NCBI GenBank assembly: GCA_036658935.1
Contig: JAVXDN010000001.1
Span: forward strand, 1-52,975
Direction: 5' to 3'
DNA: 52,975 bases
DNA from: Bacilli bacterium
GTDB lineage: Bacteria; Bacillota_I; Bacilli_A; RF39; UBA660
A program made the position numbers and the translations under genes. Position 1 is the first letter of the stretch. Each line of letters begins with the position of its first letter. Positions 1 through 10,447 of this stretch are shown here, piece after piece. The notes below the pieces were generated by a model. The model searched no databases, was not told the DNA's origin, and saw only the letters and a list, made by a program, of their open reading frames with translations.

Positions 1-9
1 GAGAAATAA

Positions 10-38
10 TTTACATTAAATTGATTACATGATATAAT
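10..38 (+). promoter_or_regulatory. Candidate sigma-A promoter for mnmE
   Basis: TTTACA (10-15), 17-nt spacer, TATAAT (33-38); GGAGGG RBS at 49-54 precedes the ATG at 61. Confidence 0.5.
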
Positions 39-60
39 TTTATGCCGTGGAGGGTTAAAT

Positions 61-1410
61 ATGGAAGATACAATAGTTGCAATTGCTACCAGTGCTGGAA
101 TTGGAGCAATTAATATAATTAGACTTAGTGGAAGCAATACTTTTTCAATAGTTTCAAAGGTATGTGATAAAGATGTTGATAGTTTTGTAAGTAATTCTAT
201 TAATTATTGTCATATTATTTTTAATAATGAAGTTATTGATGAGGTTTTAATTTCTGTATTTAGAGGTCCTAAATCTTATACAAAAGAAGATATAATTGAA
301 ATAAATACTCATGGAGGATATGCTGCAACGAATAAGGTATTGGCTGTTTTATTAGAGAATGGTGCGAGAATGGCACAACCAGGAGAATTTATTAAAAGAG
401 CTTTCTTGAATGGTAGAATTGATTTGACTCAAGCAGAAGCCGTAGGCGATATTATAAATGCTAATACTGAAAATGCTAGAAAAGTTGGTGTGGCAGGGCT
501 TACTGGAAAAATTTCAAAATTAGTTAATGATTTAAAGTCTGATATTATCAAAATAAATTCAAATATTCAGGTTAATATAGATTATCCAGAGTATGAGGAT
601 GAAGTTCAGGTTACTAATACTATGTTAAAAGAAAAAATATCTTGTATGAAAAAACAGTTGTTTGAGATTATTAATAATAGTAAGAATGTTCTAATCACGA
701 AAAATGGTATTAATGTAGCTATAATTGGTAGCCCAAATGTTGGCAAAAGCAGTTTACTTAATAATTTAATTGGTGAAAATAAAGCGATAGTTACTGATAT
801 AGCTGGTACTACGAGAGATATTGTTGAGGGAAAGATTATTGTTGAAGGTATTGAAATTAATTTAATAGATACTGCTGGAATAAGAGATACCGATGATAAA
901 GTAGAGAAGATTGGTGTTAGTAAAAGTTACGAGGTATTAAGTAAAGCAAATTTAGTATTAATGGTAATAGATATTAATACTAAAATTTCTGCTTTCGAAA
1001 AAAACATTTTAGAGAAAATTGATAGAGAAAAATCTATTATAGTTTTAAATAAATCAGATTTAAAAAATAATTGTGATTATGATTTTTCTTTATATAATAC
1101 TGTGGAAACTACTGCTATTTCTCAAAATGGAACTCATAAATTGGTTGAAAAGATTAAAGATATGTTTAAGTTTGATAAATTAAAAGTTAATGATTATAGT
1201 TATGTTTCTAACGCTAGACAAGAAGCTATTATTAATCAAGCATATAATATGATTTTAGATATTGAAAAAAGTGTTAATAATAATGTTCCTGTTGATTTAA
1301 TTGAGATTGATCTGCAGGTTTTATGGGAAAAATTAAGTGAAATTACTGGTGAGGTTTATCAAATAGAATTACTTGATAATATCTTTAAGAATTTTTGTTT
1401 AGGAAAGTAG
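61..1410 (+). CDS. mnmE: tRNA modification GTPase MnmE (TrmE)
   Basis: 449 aa; P-loop GSPNVGKSSLLN, DTAGIR G3 motif, family-typical C-terminal C-x-GK (FCLGK*); followed by mnmG and rsmG. Confidence 0.95.
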   Translation: MEDTIVAIATSAGIGAINIIRLSGSNTFSIVSKVCDKDVDSFVSNSINYCHIIFNNEVIDEVLISVFRGPKSYTKEDIIEINTHGGYAATNKVLAVLLENGARMAQPGEFIKRAFLNGRIDLTQAEAVGDIINANTENARKVGVAGLTGKISKLVNDLKSDIIKINSNIQVNIDYPEYEDEVQVTNTMLKEKISCMKKQLFEIINNSKNVLITKNGINVAIIGSPNVGKSSLLNNLIGENKAIVTDIAGTTRDIVEGKIIVEGIEINLIDTAGIRDTDDKVEKIGVSKSYEVLSKANLVLMVIDINTKISAFEKNILEKIDREKSIIVLNKSDLKNNCDYDFSLYNTVETTAISQNGTHKLVEKIKDMFKFDKLKVNDYSYVSNARQEAIINQAYNMILDIEKSVNNNVPVDLIEIDLQVLWEKLSEITGEVYQIELLDNIFKNFCLGK

Positions 1411-1421
1411 ATGAAATAATT

Positions 1422-3281
1422 ATGTATGATGTTATTGTTATAGGTGGTGGACATGCAGGCTGTGAAGCTTGTTTAGCGTCTGCTCATATGGGCTTAAAAA
1501 CTTTACTTATTACTTCTAATTTTAATAATATAGCTGATATGCCTTGTAATCCTTCAATTGGAGGTTCAGCTAAAGGAATAGTTGTTAGAGAAATAGATGC
1601 TTTAGGTGGAGCAATGGGAGAAGAAGCAGATAAGTCTCTTTTACAAATGAAGATGCTTAATAGTTCTAAAGGTCCTGGAGTTAGATCTCTTAGATGTCAA
1701 GCTTCTAAAACTACATATCCTAAAAATATGTTAAGATTATTAAATAACACAGATAATCTATCATTATTAGAAGATATGGCTAAGGAAATTATAGTTACTA
1801 ATGGAATAATTACTGGAATAAAGCTTGAAAGTGATATAATTTTAAATTCAAAGAAAGTAATTATTACAACTGGAACTTATTTAAATTCTGATATTATGAG
1901 AGGACATGAAAAACATAAAGGTGGACCTCATGGAGAGAAAAGTTCTTTATATTTAAGCGATAGTTTAGAAAAAAACGGATTAACTATAATTAGATTAAAG
2001 ACAGGTACTCCTCCTAGAGTATTAAAAAGTTCTATTAATTATGATGAAGTTCAAAAAGAAGATGGAGATAAAATACGTTTGTCTTTTAGTAATTTTTATC
2101 CAACTACTTATAATATTGAAGAACAAATACCTTGTTATTTAACTTATACAAATGAAAACACTCATAAATTAATATTAGATAATTTGAAAAAATGTGCATT
2201 ATATAGCGGATTAATTAAAGGTGTTGGTCCTAGATATTGTCCCTCTATAGAAGATAAGATAGTTAAATTTAGAGATAAGGACAGACATCAAATATTTTTA
2301 GAACCTGAAAGAGAGAATGGAGAAGAAATATACGTTGGTGGATTTTCAACAACTATGCCAGAAGAAATCCAGGAAGAACTTTTACATACTATGAACGGTC
2401 TTAAAAATGCTATTATAACAAAATATGGGTACGCGATTGAGTATGATGCTATAGATCCAACCTCTTTGCAAATGACTTTGGAAAGCAGAATTATTAAGAA
2501 TTTATATACAGCAGGACAAATTAATGGAACTAGTGGTTATGAAGAAGCTGCAGCTCAAGGATTAATAGCAGGTATTAATGCCTCTTTATCACTTCTTGGA
2601 AGAGAACCTTTAATTTTAAAAAGAAATGAGGCATATATTGGAGTTTTAATAGATGATCTAATTAATAAAGGTATAACAGAACCTTATAGATTATTAACTT
2701 CAAGGGCAGAGTTTAGATTGTTATTAAGACACGATAATGCTTCTACAAGACTTACTCCAATAGGTAGAAAAATCGGTCTTATTAATGATGAAAAATGGAA
2801 TATTTTCGAAAATATTACAAATGAAAAAAATATGTTAAAAGAAAAATTATCTAGTATTATTATAAAACCTTCTAAAGAAATAAACAAATATTTAAATAAT
2901 CTTAATTCTTCGGATTTATCTTCATCAATAAAGGCAATTAATTTATTAAAGAGACCTGATGTTACTATATCTTCCCTACTTTCTTTTCTTAAAATAGATT
3001 ATAATTCTGAAGTAGCAGATTCTATAGAAATTGATGTTAAGTATGCTGGGTATATAGATAAAACTACTAGAGAAGCTGAAAAATTAATTAATTTGGAAGA
3101 TAAAAAAATACCAAATGATATTAATTATGATAATGTTAAAAATATTGCTACTGAAGCTAGGCAAAAATTCACAAAGATAAAACCATTAACTATAGGACAG
3201 GCTTCTAGAATTAGTGGTGTTAATCCTTCTGATATTACTATGTTGTTAGTTTATTTGAAAAAGGAGTATCCGTATGTTTGA
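1422..3281 (+). CDS. mnmG: tRNA uridine 5-carboxymethylaminomethyl modification enzyme MnmG (GidA)
   Basis: N-terminal FAD fold YDVIVIGGGHAGCEA, about 620 aa, conserved GidA core (GPRYCPSIEDK). The ATG at 1422 is preferred over the TTG at 1395, which overlaps the mnmE stop. Confidence 0.95.
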   Translation: MYDVIVIGGGHAGCEACLASAHMGLKTLLITSNFNNIADMPCNPSIGGSAKGIVVREIDALGGAMGEEADKSLLQMKMLNSSKGPGVRSLRCQASKTTYPKNMLRLLNNTDNLSLLEDMAKEIIVTNGIITGIKLESDIILNSKKVIITTGTYLNSDIMRGHEKHKGGPHGEKSSLYLSDSLEKNGLTIIRLKTGTPPRVLKSSINYDEVQKEDGDKIRLSFSNFYPTTYNIEEQIPCYLTYTNENTHKLILDNLKKCALYSGLIKGVGPRYCPSIEDKIVKFRDKDRHQIFLEPERENGEEIYVGGFSTTMPEEIQEELLHTMNGLKNAIITKYGYAIEYDAIDPTSLQMTLESRIIKNLYTAGQINGTSGYEEAAAQGLIAGINASLSLLGREPLILKRNEAYIGVLIDDLINKGITEPYRLLTSRAEFRLLLRHDNASTRLTPIGRKIGLINDEKWNIFENITNEKNMLKEKLSSIIIKPSKEINKYLNNLNSSDLSSSIKAINLLKRPDVTISSLLSFLKIDYNSEVADSIEIDVKYAGYIDKTTREAEKLINLEDKKIPNDINYDNVKNIATEARQKFTKIKPLTIGQASRISGVNPSDITMLLVYLKKEYPYV

Positions 3282-3978
3282 AAATGAGTTTATAGATAGT
3301 TTAAAAGAAATTAACATAATTCTAGATTCTAAACAATTAGATATGTTTAAAATATATAAAGATGAATTAATTATTTGGAATGATAAGTTTAATTTAACTT
3401 CTATAGTTTCGGAAGAAGAAATATATTTAAAGCATTTTTATGATTCAATATTATTGTCTATAGCATATGAGTTTAATACTGAGACAAAGTTATTGGATAT
3501 TGGTACAGGAGCTGGATTTCCAGGTATTGCGTTGAAAATTGTATTTCCTCTTATAAATTTAACTTTAGTAGAATCAAATAATAAAAAATGCGGATTTTTA
3601 AATAATATTATTTCTAAACTTCAATTAACTAATATAAATGTTATTTGTTCTAGAGCTGAGGAGTTAGATAAAAAATATAGAGAATATTTTGATGTTGTAA
3701 CTTCAAGAGCAGTCGCTAATATATGTATATTAAGCGAACTTAGTTTACCTTTTCTTTCTGTAGGAGGATTATTTCTTCCTATGAAAGGTAATATTGAGAA
3801 TCCAATTGACTTCAATGAGATTTTATTAAGATATGGTGCTAAGGAAGAAAAAACTATTACTTATAATTTATCAATAATTAATGCTGTAAGAAGTATTCCT
3901 GTGATTAGAAAAATAAATAAAACAAGTTTAATATATCCAAGAGAATATAAACAAATAGTAAAAGAATTTAAACAATAA
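3274..3978 (+). CDS. rsmG: 16S rRNA (guanine527-N7)-methyltransferase RsmG (GidB)
   Basis: SAM motif LLDIGTGAGFPGIALKI; 8-nt overlap with mnmG; canonical mnmE-mnmG-rsmG order. Confidence 0.9.
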   Translation: MFENEFIDSLKEINIILDSKQLDMFKIYKDELIIWNDKFNLTSIVSEEEIYLKHFYDSILLSIAYEFNTETKLLDIGTGAGFPGIALKIVFPLINLTLVESNNKKCGFLNNIISKLQLTNINVICSRAEELDKKYREYFDVVTSRAVANICILSELSLPFLSVGGLFLPMKGNIENPIDFNEILLRYGAKEEKTITYNLSIINAVRSIPVIRKINKTSLIYPREYKQIVKEFKQ

Positions 3979-4047
3979 ATAGTTGTTTTATTGCTTGTGC
4001 TCATGTGATATTTATAGTAAAATATAATAAGAAATAAGGAGAAAAAT

Positions 4048-4311
4048 ATGAAGATAACTAATGTTGAAATACATAAGATTAATAATGAGACTTCAAGGTT
4101 AAAAGCTACTGTAAATGTTGTGATAGATGATTGTTTTGCTGTTAAGGATATTAAAATTATTAGTGGTCCTGATAGAATGTTTTTACAAATGCCAGGAAAA
4201 AAATTACCTAATGGAGAATTTAAAGATATTGCTCATCCTATTAATAAAGAAGCAAGAGAGATGTTTGAAACGACTATTTTAGAAGCATATAATAATTATA
4301 GTGAAGAATAA
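4048..4311 (+). CDS. spoVG: Septation/sporulation regulator SpoVG
   Basis: 87 aa; MKITNVEIHKI...LKATVNVVIDDCFAVKDIKII...FLQMP matches the SpoVG fold signature; AAGGAG RBS. Confidence 0.9.
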   Translation: MKITNVEIHKINNETSRLKATVNVVIDDCFAVKDIKIISGPDRMFLQMPGKKLPNGEFKDIAHPINKEAREMFETTILEAYNNYSEE

Positions 4312-4376
4312 AATAAAATTATAGATATTATAGTTTTTTTTTAGTTTTTTTCATATACTTTATTTAGGAGGACTTT

Positions 4377-4670
4377 ATGGATAAGAATCATGATATAGAA
4401 CATACATTTAATCATAGTATACAAGTTAATGATAGAAAAACTGCTGTAATAGCAGGAGTAAAAAAGCTGGAAAATTTTGATAACACGGAGTTTTATTTAG
4501 AGAGTGTACAAGGATTCATTTTAATTAAAGGAGAGGAACTTGAACTTATAAAATTAGATACTTTTGCTGGTACTTTATCTTTAAAAGGAAAAATTAATTC
4601 AATAATGTATTTAGAAAATGGTAATAAAAAACAAAAAGGTGAAAGCGTAATAGCTAAATTATTTAAATAA
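4377..4670 (+). CDS. yabP: Sporulation protein YabP
   Basis: 97 aa; YabP-like core (EFYLESVQGFILIKGEELELIKLD); followed by a 1-nt-overlapping YabQ-like membrane ORF and divIC, as in Bacillus. Confidence 0.75.
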   Translation: MDKNHDIEHTFNHSIQVNDRKTAVIAGVKKLENFDNTEFYLESVQGFILIKGEELELIKLDTFAGTLSLKGKINSIMYLENGNKKQKGESVIAKLFK

Positions 4671-5008
4671 TGGCACTCGATGAACAAATACTCTCTTTTA
4701 TATTTTCTTTTTCATATGGAGTTATTTTAAGTTATTTATATAATATTAATTATGAGTTTATATATAAAACCCCTATTCATTATAAAATTCTTATAAATAT
4801 ATTATTTTTTGTTGATGTTTTTCTTATTTACTTTTTACTTATTAGTAGAATTAATGGTGGTATTATTCATATTTATTTTATATTAGTATTAATTTTATCA
4901 TTTTTAATTTTTACAAGTAAATTTTCTTATCTTAAGAATAAATTAAAACTATTAGTAAAGAAAAGTGTAAACAATACAAAAGTTAGTGGAAAAATAAATA
5001 AAAAATAG
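4670..5008 (+). CDS. yabQ: Spore cortex biosynthesis membrane protein YabQ-like
   Basis: 112 aa, multi-TM, TAATG overlap with yabP. The call rests mainly on position and topology. Confidence 0.55.
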   Translation: MALDEQILSFIFSFSYGVILSYLYNINYEFIYKTPIHYKILINILFFVDVFLIYFLLISRINGGIIHIYFILVLILSFLIFTSKFSYLKNKLKLLVKKSVNNTKVSGKINKK

Positions 5009-5036
5009 ATATGATGTAGACAATATGGAGGATTAT

Positions 5037-5324
5037 ATGAAAAGAGTTACAAAAAAAGATAAAAGAAGACTTTTAATATTAACTGTTATTTTCATACCTT
5101 TATTATGCATATTTGTTTGTTCTATGGCTTCTTGTTGGGCTCAGATTTATAAAAATGTGAAGGAAACTAATCTTCTTAAAGTAAAATATGCTTCTATCTT
5201 AGAGGAAGAAGAAAATTTAAAAAGTGAAATAAAAAAATTACAAGATCCGGAATATGTAGCTAGGTATGCAAGAGAAAAATATCTTTATTCTAAAGATGGT
5301 GAATTAATTATTAAAATAAATTAA
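5037..5324 (+). CDS. divIC: Septum formation initiator (DivIC/FtsB family)
   Basis: Single N-terminal TM, coiled-coil (LEEEENLKSEIKKLQD) and the conserved tail DPEYVARYAREKYLYSKDGE. The ATG at 5037 follows GGAGG; an alternative ATG lies at 5025. Confidence 0.7.
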   Translation: MKRVTKKDKRRLLILTVIFIPLLCIFVCSMASCWAQIYKNVKETNLLKVKYASILEEEENLKSEIKKLQDPEYVARYAREKYLYSKDGELIIKIN

Positions 5325-5406
5325 ATTAAATGTGTAAGTATGGTGTAAAAACTGTACTTTTCTTATGTAATTTGCTAGAATAGGTAAATATGGAAGTGAA
5401 AAAATA

Positions 5407-6732
5407 ATGAAAGAAGCTTATGAATTTATTATCAAAAAAAGTGGTATAAAACGTGGAGATACAGTAGTTGTATCTTGTTCTTCAGGGCCGGATTCTATGG
5501 CTTTATTATATTTTATGAATCAGATTAGAAAAGAGTTAGATTTAGTTCTGATTTGTGCTCATGTGAATCATAATGTGAGAGCTGAAAGTGCTGAAGAGAA
5601 AGAATATCTTGAACAATATTGTAAAGATGAAGATATAATTTTCGATTGTTATAAAATAGAGAACTATAGTGAAGACAATTTTCATAATGAAGCTAGAGTT
5701 ATTAGATATGCTTATATGGATAGAGTTTGTAAGAAGTTTAATTCACATTTTTTACTAACCGCTCATCATGGGGACGATTTAATGGAAACAATTCTTATGA
5801 GAATTGTTAGAGGGTCTACTTTAAAAGGATATAGTGGATTTTCTAGAATTATGCAAAAGGAAGACTATCATATTATCAGACCTTTTATTAAGGTTACTAA
5901 AGCTGAATTAATTGAATATGATAAGGAACATAATGTTAAATATTACTTTGATAAAACAAATGCAAGTGATGCTTATACAAGAAATAGATATAGAAAGTAT
6001 GTATTACCTTTTTTAAAGAATGAAGATCCTCATGTAAATCTAAAATTTTATAAGTATAGTGAAGTTTTACTAGAATGTAATGAATATTTAGAAGAGGAAG
6101 CTAAGAAACAAACTTTAAAAGTGCTTAAAGATGGAATTCTAGAGATTGATAAATTTAAGGAACTTAAGCATATTATTCAGGTTAAAATTATATATGGTAT
6201 TCTTGAAAAAATATATAATGATGATTTACTTATTATAAGTGATTCGCATGTTGATTTAATTTTTGATTTAATTAATTCTTCAAAGGCCAATAGCAAGATA
6301 CATTTACCTAATAATGTTATTGTAAATAAAGCATATAATAATTTATCTTTTACATTTTGTGAAGAAGAAAAAAATAGTTACGAGATTGAGATTACTTCTT
6401 TAATTACTTTACCTAATGGAAAGAATATAGAAATAGCATCTTCTTGTGATTGGACTGATAACTATTGTACTAGGTTTAGTAACAAAGATGTTAAATTGCC
6501 TTTGTATGTTAGAAATAGAGCTATTGGGGATAAAATGGATGTTAAAAATATGATAGGTAAAAAGAAGGTTGGAAACATTTTTATTGATGAGAAGATTAAT
6601 TTCGATGAAAGACAACTTTGGCCTATAGTTTGTGACTCGGATGAGAACATTGTTTGGATACCAGGAATAAAAAAAAGCAAGTTTGACAAGGATATTAATG
6701 AAGAGTATGATATAATACTTAGATATTATTAA
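5407..6732 (+). CDS. tilS: tRNA(Ile)-lysidine synthase TilS
   Basis: PP-loop SCSSGPDS (SGGxDS type), 441 aa, immediately upstream of ftsH as in Bacillus (no hpt in between). Confidence 0.9.
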   Translation: MKEAYEFIIKKSGIKRGDTVVVSCSSGPDSMALLYFMNQIRKELDLVLICAHVNHNVRAESAEEKEYLEQYCKDEDIIFDCYKIENYSEDNFHNEARVIRYAYMDRVCKKFNSHFLLTAHHGDDLMETILMRIVRGSTLKGYSGFSRIMQKEDYHIIRPFIKVTKAELIEYDKEHNVKYYFDKTNASDAYTRNRYRKYVLPFLKNEDPHVNLKFYKYSEVLLECNEYLEEEAKKQTLKVLKDGILEIDKFKELKHIIQVKIIYGILEKIYNDDLLIISDSHVDLIFDLINSSKANSKIHLPNNVIVNKAYNNLSFTFCEEEKNSYEIEITSLITLPNGKNIEIASSCDWTDNYCTRFSNKDVKLPLYVRNRAIGDKMDVKNMIGKKKVGNIFIDEKINFDERQLWPIVCDSDENIVWIPGIKKSKFDKDINEEYDIILRYY

Positions 6733-6744
6733 AGGAGGAAATTA

Positions 6745-8661
6745 ATGATAAAAAATAAGAACAGTGTTATAAAGAATTCTGTGCCATATGTAGCTTTATT
6801 TGTAGTAATATTATTTACTATTATATTTTTTAATATGAATGGAAAGAAAGTTAATAATCTTACTTACAATGATTTTTCTAGTTATTTGACCGGACAAAAA
6901 GTAAGTGAATTAGTAGTAACTCCTAAAAGTGGTAGTGGAGTTTATAGTTTAACTGGTAAGTTGAAAACTTATAAGGATAATGAAACATTTGAGTTAATAG
7001 TTCCATTAACTGATTCAGTTATTACTGATATATTATCAACTGCTAAAGAACAAAATTTAGTTGTTAATGTAAAAGGAAATCCTGAAGGAAATACTTGGAT
7101 GATTATTATTATGAATCTACTTCCAATAGTTTTATTTGGTGGACTTGCAATTTTCTTAATAGGTAAAATGACTTCTTCTAATAAAGGATCATTTGATTTT
7201 GGTAAGAGTAAGGCTAAACTTAATGAAGAAGGAAATAAGACAACATTTAAAGATGTAGCTGGATTAGTTGAGGAAAAAGAGGAAGTTCAAGAACTTATAG
7301 ATTTTCTAAAGACTCCTAAGAAGTTTCAAAGATTAGGTGCTAGAATACCTAAAGGAGTTTTATTAGTTGGTCCTCCAGGAACTGGAAAGACTTTATTAGC
7401 TAGAGCAGTTGCGGGAGAAGCTAAAGTACCTTTTTACTTTATTAGTGGATCAGATTTCGTTGAATTATTTGTTGGAGTTGGAGCTAGCCGTGTAAGAGAT
7501 ATGTTTAAAGAAGCAAAACAAAATGCACCTTGCTTAATATTTATAGATGAAATAGATGCTGTTGGAAGACAAAGAGGAACAGGTGTTGGTGGAGGTCATG
7601 ATGAACGTGAACAGACACTTAACCAATTACTTACAGAAATGGATGGATTTGGAGCTAATGAAGGTATAATTATTATAGCTGCAACTAATAGACCAGATGT
7701 ACTCGATCCTGCATTACTTCGTCCAGGAAGATTTGATAGACAAGTAACTGTGGGACTTCCTGATGTTAACGAAAGAGAAGATATATTGAAAGTTCATGCT
7801 AGAAATAAAATATTTGGAACTGATATTAAGCTTAAAAGAATTGCTCAAAGAACACCGGGATTCAGTGGTGCAGATCTTGAAAATTTACTTAATGAAGCTG
7901 CTCTTTTAGCAGTAAGAAGAAATAAGGAATCTATTTCTATGGATGAAATTGATGAAGCAAATGATAGAGTTCTTATGGGACCTGCTAAAAAGAGTAGAAA
8001 AATCACAGAATTTGAGAAAAAAGTTGTTTGTTTTCATGAGGCTGGACACGCCGTTTTAGGTATTGAATTACCTAATGGAGAAGAAGTTCATAAGATTACT
8101 ATTATTCCAAGAGGTATGGCTGGAGGATATACTCAAACTTTACCTAAGGAAGAAAAAACTATGGTTTATACTAAAAATGAGTTATATCAACAAATAGTTT
8201 CATTACTTGGTGGTCGTGTTAGTGAAGAATTATTCTTAGATGAAATGAGTACAGGTGCTAGTAATGATTTCAAGAGAGCTACTAAGATAGCTAGAAGTAT
8301 GGTTACTGAATATGGTATGAGTGATTTAGGTCCTGTTCAATATGAAGAACCTAATGGTGAAGTATTCTTGGGTAGAGATTATACTAAGTCTAGAAATTAT
8401 TCTGATGCTATTGCTCTTGAAATAGATCAAGAAGTTAGAAAAATAATTGATATATGTTATAAACAAGCTAAAGAAATATTATCTAAAAATAAAGATTTGG
8501 TTTCTCTTTTAGCTGATACTTTAAATACTAAAGAAACTTTAACTAAAGAAGAAATTGAAAAGATAGTTGAAGGATATAGAAAAGGGATAAAAAAAGTAAA
8601 AGTTGAAAGTAGTAAAAAGACAACTGATAAGAATGTTAAAGAATTAAAGGAAGATAAATAA
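6745..8661 (+). CDS. ftsH: ATP-dependent zinc metalloprotease FtsH
   Basis: Two N-terminal TMs, Walker A GPPGTGKT, Walker B IIFIDEID, second region of homology, HEAGHA zinc site. Confidence 0.97.
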   Translation: MIKNKNSVIKNSVPYVALFVVILFTIIFFNMNGKKVNNLTYNDFSSYLTGQKVSELVVTPKSGSGVYSLTGKLKTYKDNETFELIVPLTDSVITDILSTAKEQNLVVNVKGNPEGNTWMIIIMNLLPIVLFGGLAIFLIGKMTSSNKGSFDFGKSKAKLNEEGNKTTFKDVAGLVEEKEEVQELIDFLKTPKKFQRLGARIPKGVLLVGPPGTGKTLLARAVAGEAKVPFYFISGSDFVELFVGVGASRVRDMFKEAKQNAPCLIFIDEIDAVGRQRGTGVGGGHDEREQTLNQLLTEMDGFGANEGIIIIAATNRPDVLDPALLRPGRFDRQVTVGLPDVNEREDILKVHARNKIFGTDIKLKRIAQRTPGFSGADLENLLNEAALLAVRRNKESISMDEIDEANDRVLMGPAKKSRKITEFEKKVVCFHEAGHAVLGIELPNGEEVHKITIIPRGMAGGYTQTLPKEEKTMVYTKNELYQQIVSLLGGRVSEELFLDEMSTGASNDFKRATKIARSMVTEYGMSDLGPVQYEEPNGEVFLGRDYTKSRNYSDAIALEIDQEVRKIIDICYKQAKEILSKNKDLVSLLADTLNTKETLTKEEIEKIVEGYRKGIKKVKVESSKKTTDKNVKELKEDK

Positions 8662-8677
8662 TATCTTTCCTTTTTTT
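8646..8677 (+). terminator. Candidate intrinsic terminator after ftsH
   Basis: Hairpin aaaGGAAGAT-aaataat-ATCT(t)TCCttt with one bulge, followed by a T7 run; overlaps the ftsH stop. Confidence 0.45.
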
Positions 8678-8712
8678 ATATCAATTACCTACTTTTTCTA
8701 ATTACTTTGTTA

Positions 8713-8741
8713 TTGTCTTAAAGGGTGTCTCGGTGTATAAT
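8713..8741 (+). promoter_or_regulatory. Candidate sigma-A promoter for the parA-parB-...-ychF array
   Basis: TTGTCT (8713-8718), 17-nt spacer, TATAAT (8736-8741), 38 nt upstream of the parA ATG. Confidence 0.5.
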
Positions 8742-8779
8742 ATTAATAGTACATTTTAAAGAATTGTGAGGTAAAGATT

Positions 8780-9607
8780 ATGGGTAAAGTAATATCATTG
8801 GTTAATCAAAAAGGTGGAGTAGGAAAAACAACAACAAGTATTAATTTATCTAGTTCTTTAGGGTATTTAGGAAAAAAAGTATTATTAATAGATTTAGATC
8901 CGCAAAGTAATAGTACTACTGGCCTTGGGGTTAATAAAGCTACTGTAAATAATAGTATATATGAAGTTATTACAGGAAATTGTGATGTAAAAGATGCTGT
9001 TATTAAAACTAAATTCAAAAATTTGAGTATTATTCCTGCTATGATTAATTTAGCGGGGGTTGATATAGAGTTAGTGCAAAGAGGTATAAAAAGTGAAGAG
9101 TTTAAGATTGGAGATCAACTTAAATTAGCTATTGATACTATTAAAGATGAATATGATTTTATTATTATAGATTGTCCTCCATCTTTAGGACTTTTGACAA
9201 CAAACGCTTTAGCAGCATCCAATAGTGTGTTAATACCAGTTCAGTGTGAGTATTTTGCATTAGAAGGAGTTACACAATTACTTAATACTATAATTCTTAC
9301 TCAAAATAAGATTAATCCATCTCTAGATATTGAAGGAGTTTTATTAACTATGTTAGATGGGAGAACATTGCTTGGGTTAGAAGTTGTAGAAGATGTTAGA
9401 AAATTTTTCAAAGAGAAAGTATTTAATACTATTATACCTAGATTGGTAAAATTAGTAGAAGCTCCATCTCATGGAGAACCAATACTTGAATATGATCCTG
9501 ACTGTAGAGGTGCACTAGCATACTTAAATTTAGCAAAGGAAGTGATTGATAGAAATGGAACAAACAAAGAGGAAAGCTCTAGGCAAAGGGTTGGAGCAAC
9601 TATTTAG
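8780..9607 (+). CDS. parA: Chromosome partitioning ATPase ParA/Soj
   Basis: Deviant Walker A NQKGGVGKTTT, IIIDCPPSLG motif; adjacent to parB. The 3' end overlaps parB by 53 nt. Confidence 0.9.
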   Translation: MGKVISLVNQKGGVGKTTTSINLSSSLGYLGKKVLLIDLDPQSNSTTGLGVNKATVNNSIYEVITGNCDVKDAVIKTKFKNLSIIPAMINLAGVDIELVQRGIKSEEFKIGDQLKLAIDTIKDEYDFIIIDCPPSLGLLTTNALAASNSVLIPVQCEYFALEGVTQLLNTIILTQNKINPSLDIEGVLLTMLDGRTLLGLEVVEDVRKFFKEKVFNTIIPRLVKLVEAPSHGEPILEYDPDCRGALAYLNLAKEVIDRNGTNKEESSRQRVGATI

Positions 9608-10442
9608 TAATGAAACTTTTAATCTAGATGAATTTGAAAGGAATATTGTTGAGTCTTCAAATAAAGAAGATGTTATTCAAGTGCTTTTATCAGAATTAAG
9701 AAATAATCCTTATCAACCTAGACAGGTTTTTGATGAAGATAAATTATCAGAACTTGCTGAGTCAATTAAAACTTACGGAGTAATTGAACCAATTATTATT
9801 AAGAAGAGTATTAAAGGATATGAAATAGTGGCTGGGGAAAGAAGAGTTTTAGCAAGCAAAAAAGCCGGACTTGATAAGATACCTGCTATTATAAGAGATT
9901 TTACAGATGATGAAATGATGGAAATAGCATTGCTTGAAAATATTCAAAGAGAAAATTTAAATATAATGGAAGAAGCAGATGCTTATAAAAATATTATTGA
10001 AAAGTTAGGTCTTACACAAGAGGAAATGGCGAAAAAAATAGGTAAAAGTAGAAGTTATGTTACTAATGCTTTAGGACTATTAAAATTACCAAGAAGTGTT
10101 AGGGCTTTAGTTTTAGAAGGTACAATATCTATGGGACATGCAAGAGTATTAAGTAAACTTGAAGATGAGGATAAAATAATTGAATTATCAAATTCTATTG
10201 TTAAAAATGCTACTAGTGTTAGAGATTTAGAAGAATTAGTTAATAATCCTTTGTATATTAGAAAGTCACCTAATAAAAAAGAAGTTAAAGATAATAAATA
10301 TGATTATGTAGAGACTATTATGAGAGAAAAAATCGGTACTCGTGTTAAGATTAATTCTAAAAATATTACAATACCTTATGATAGCGAAAAAGATTTAGAA
10401 AGAATATTAGAAATATTAAATATATCTATAAATATGGAGTGA
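9555..10442 (+). CDS. parB: Chromosome partitioning protein ParB/Spo0J
   Basis: RKALGKGLEQLF N-terminus, ParB box GERRVLASKKAG, HTH (QEEMAKKIGKSRSYVTNALGLLKL). The ATG at 9555 is preferred over the TTG at 9546. Confidence 0.9.
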   Translation: MEQTKRKALGKGLEQLFSNETFNLDEFERNIVESSNKEDVIQVLLSELRNNPYQPRQVFDEDKLSELAESIKTYGVIEPIIIKKSIKGYEIVAGERRVLASKKAGLDKIPAIIRDFTDDEMMEIALLENIQRENLNIMEEADAYKNIIEKLGLTQEEMAKKIGKSRSYVTNALGLLKLPRSVRALVLEGTISMGHARVLSKLEDEDKIIELSNSIVKNATSVRDLEELVNNPLYIRKSPNKKEVKDNKYDYVETIMREKIGTRVKINSKNITIPYDSEKDLERILEILNISINME

Positions 10443-10447
10443 TGTGT

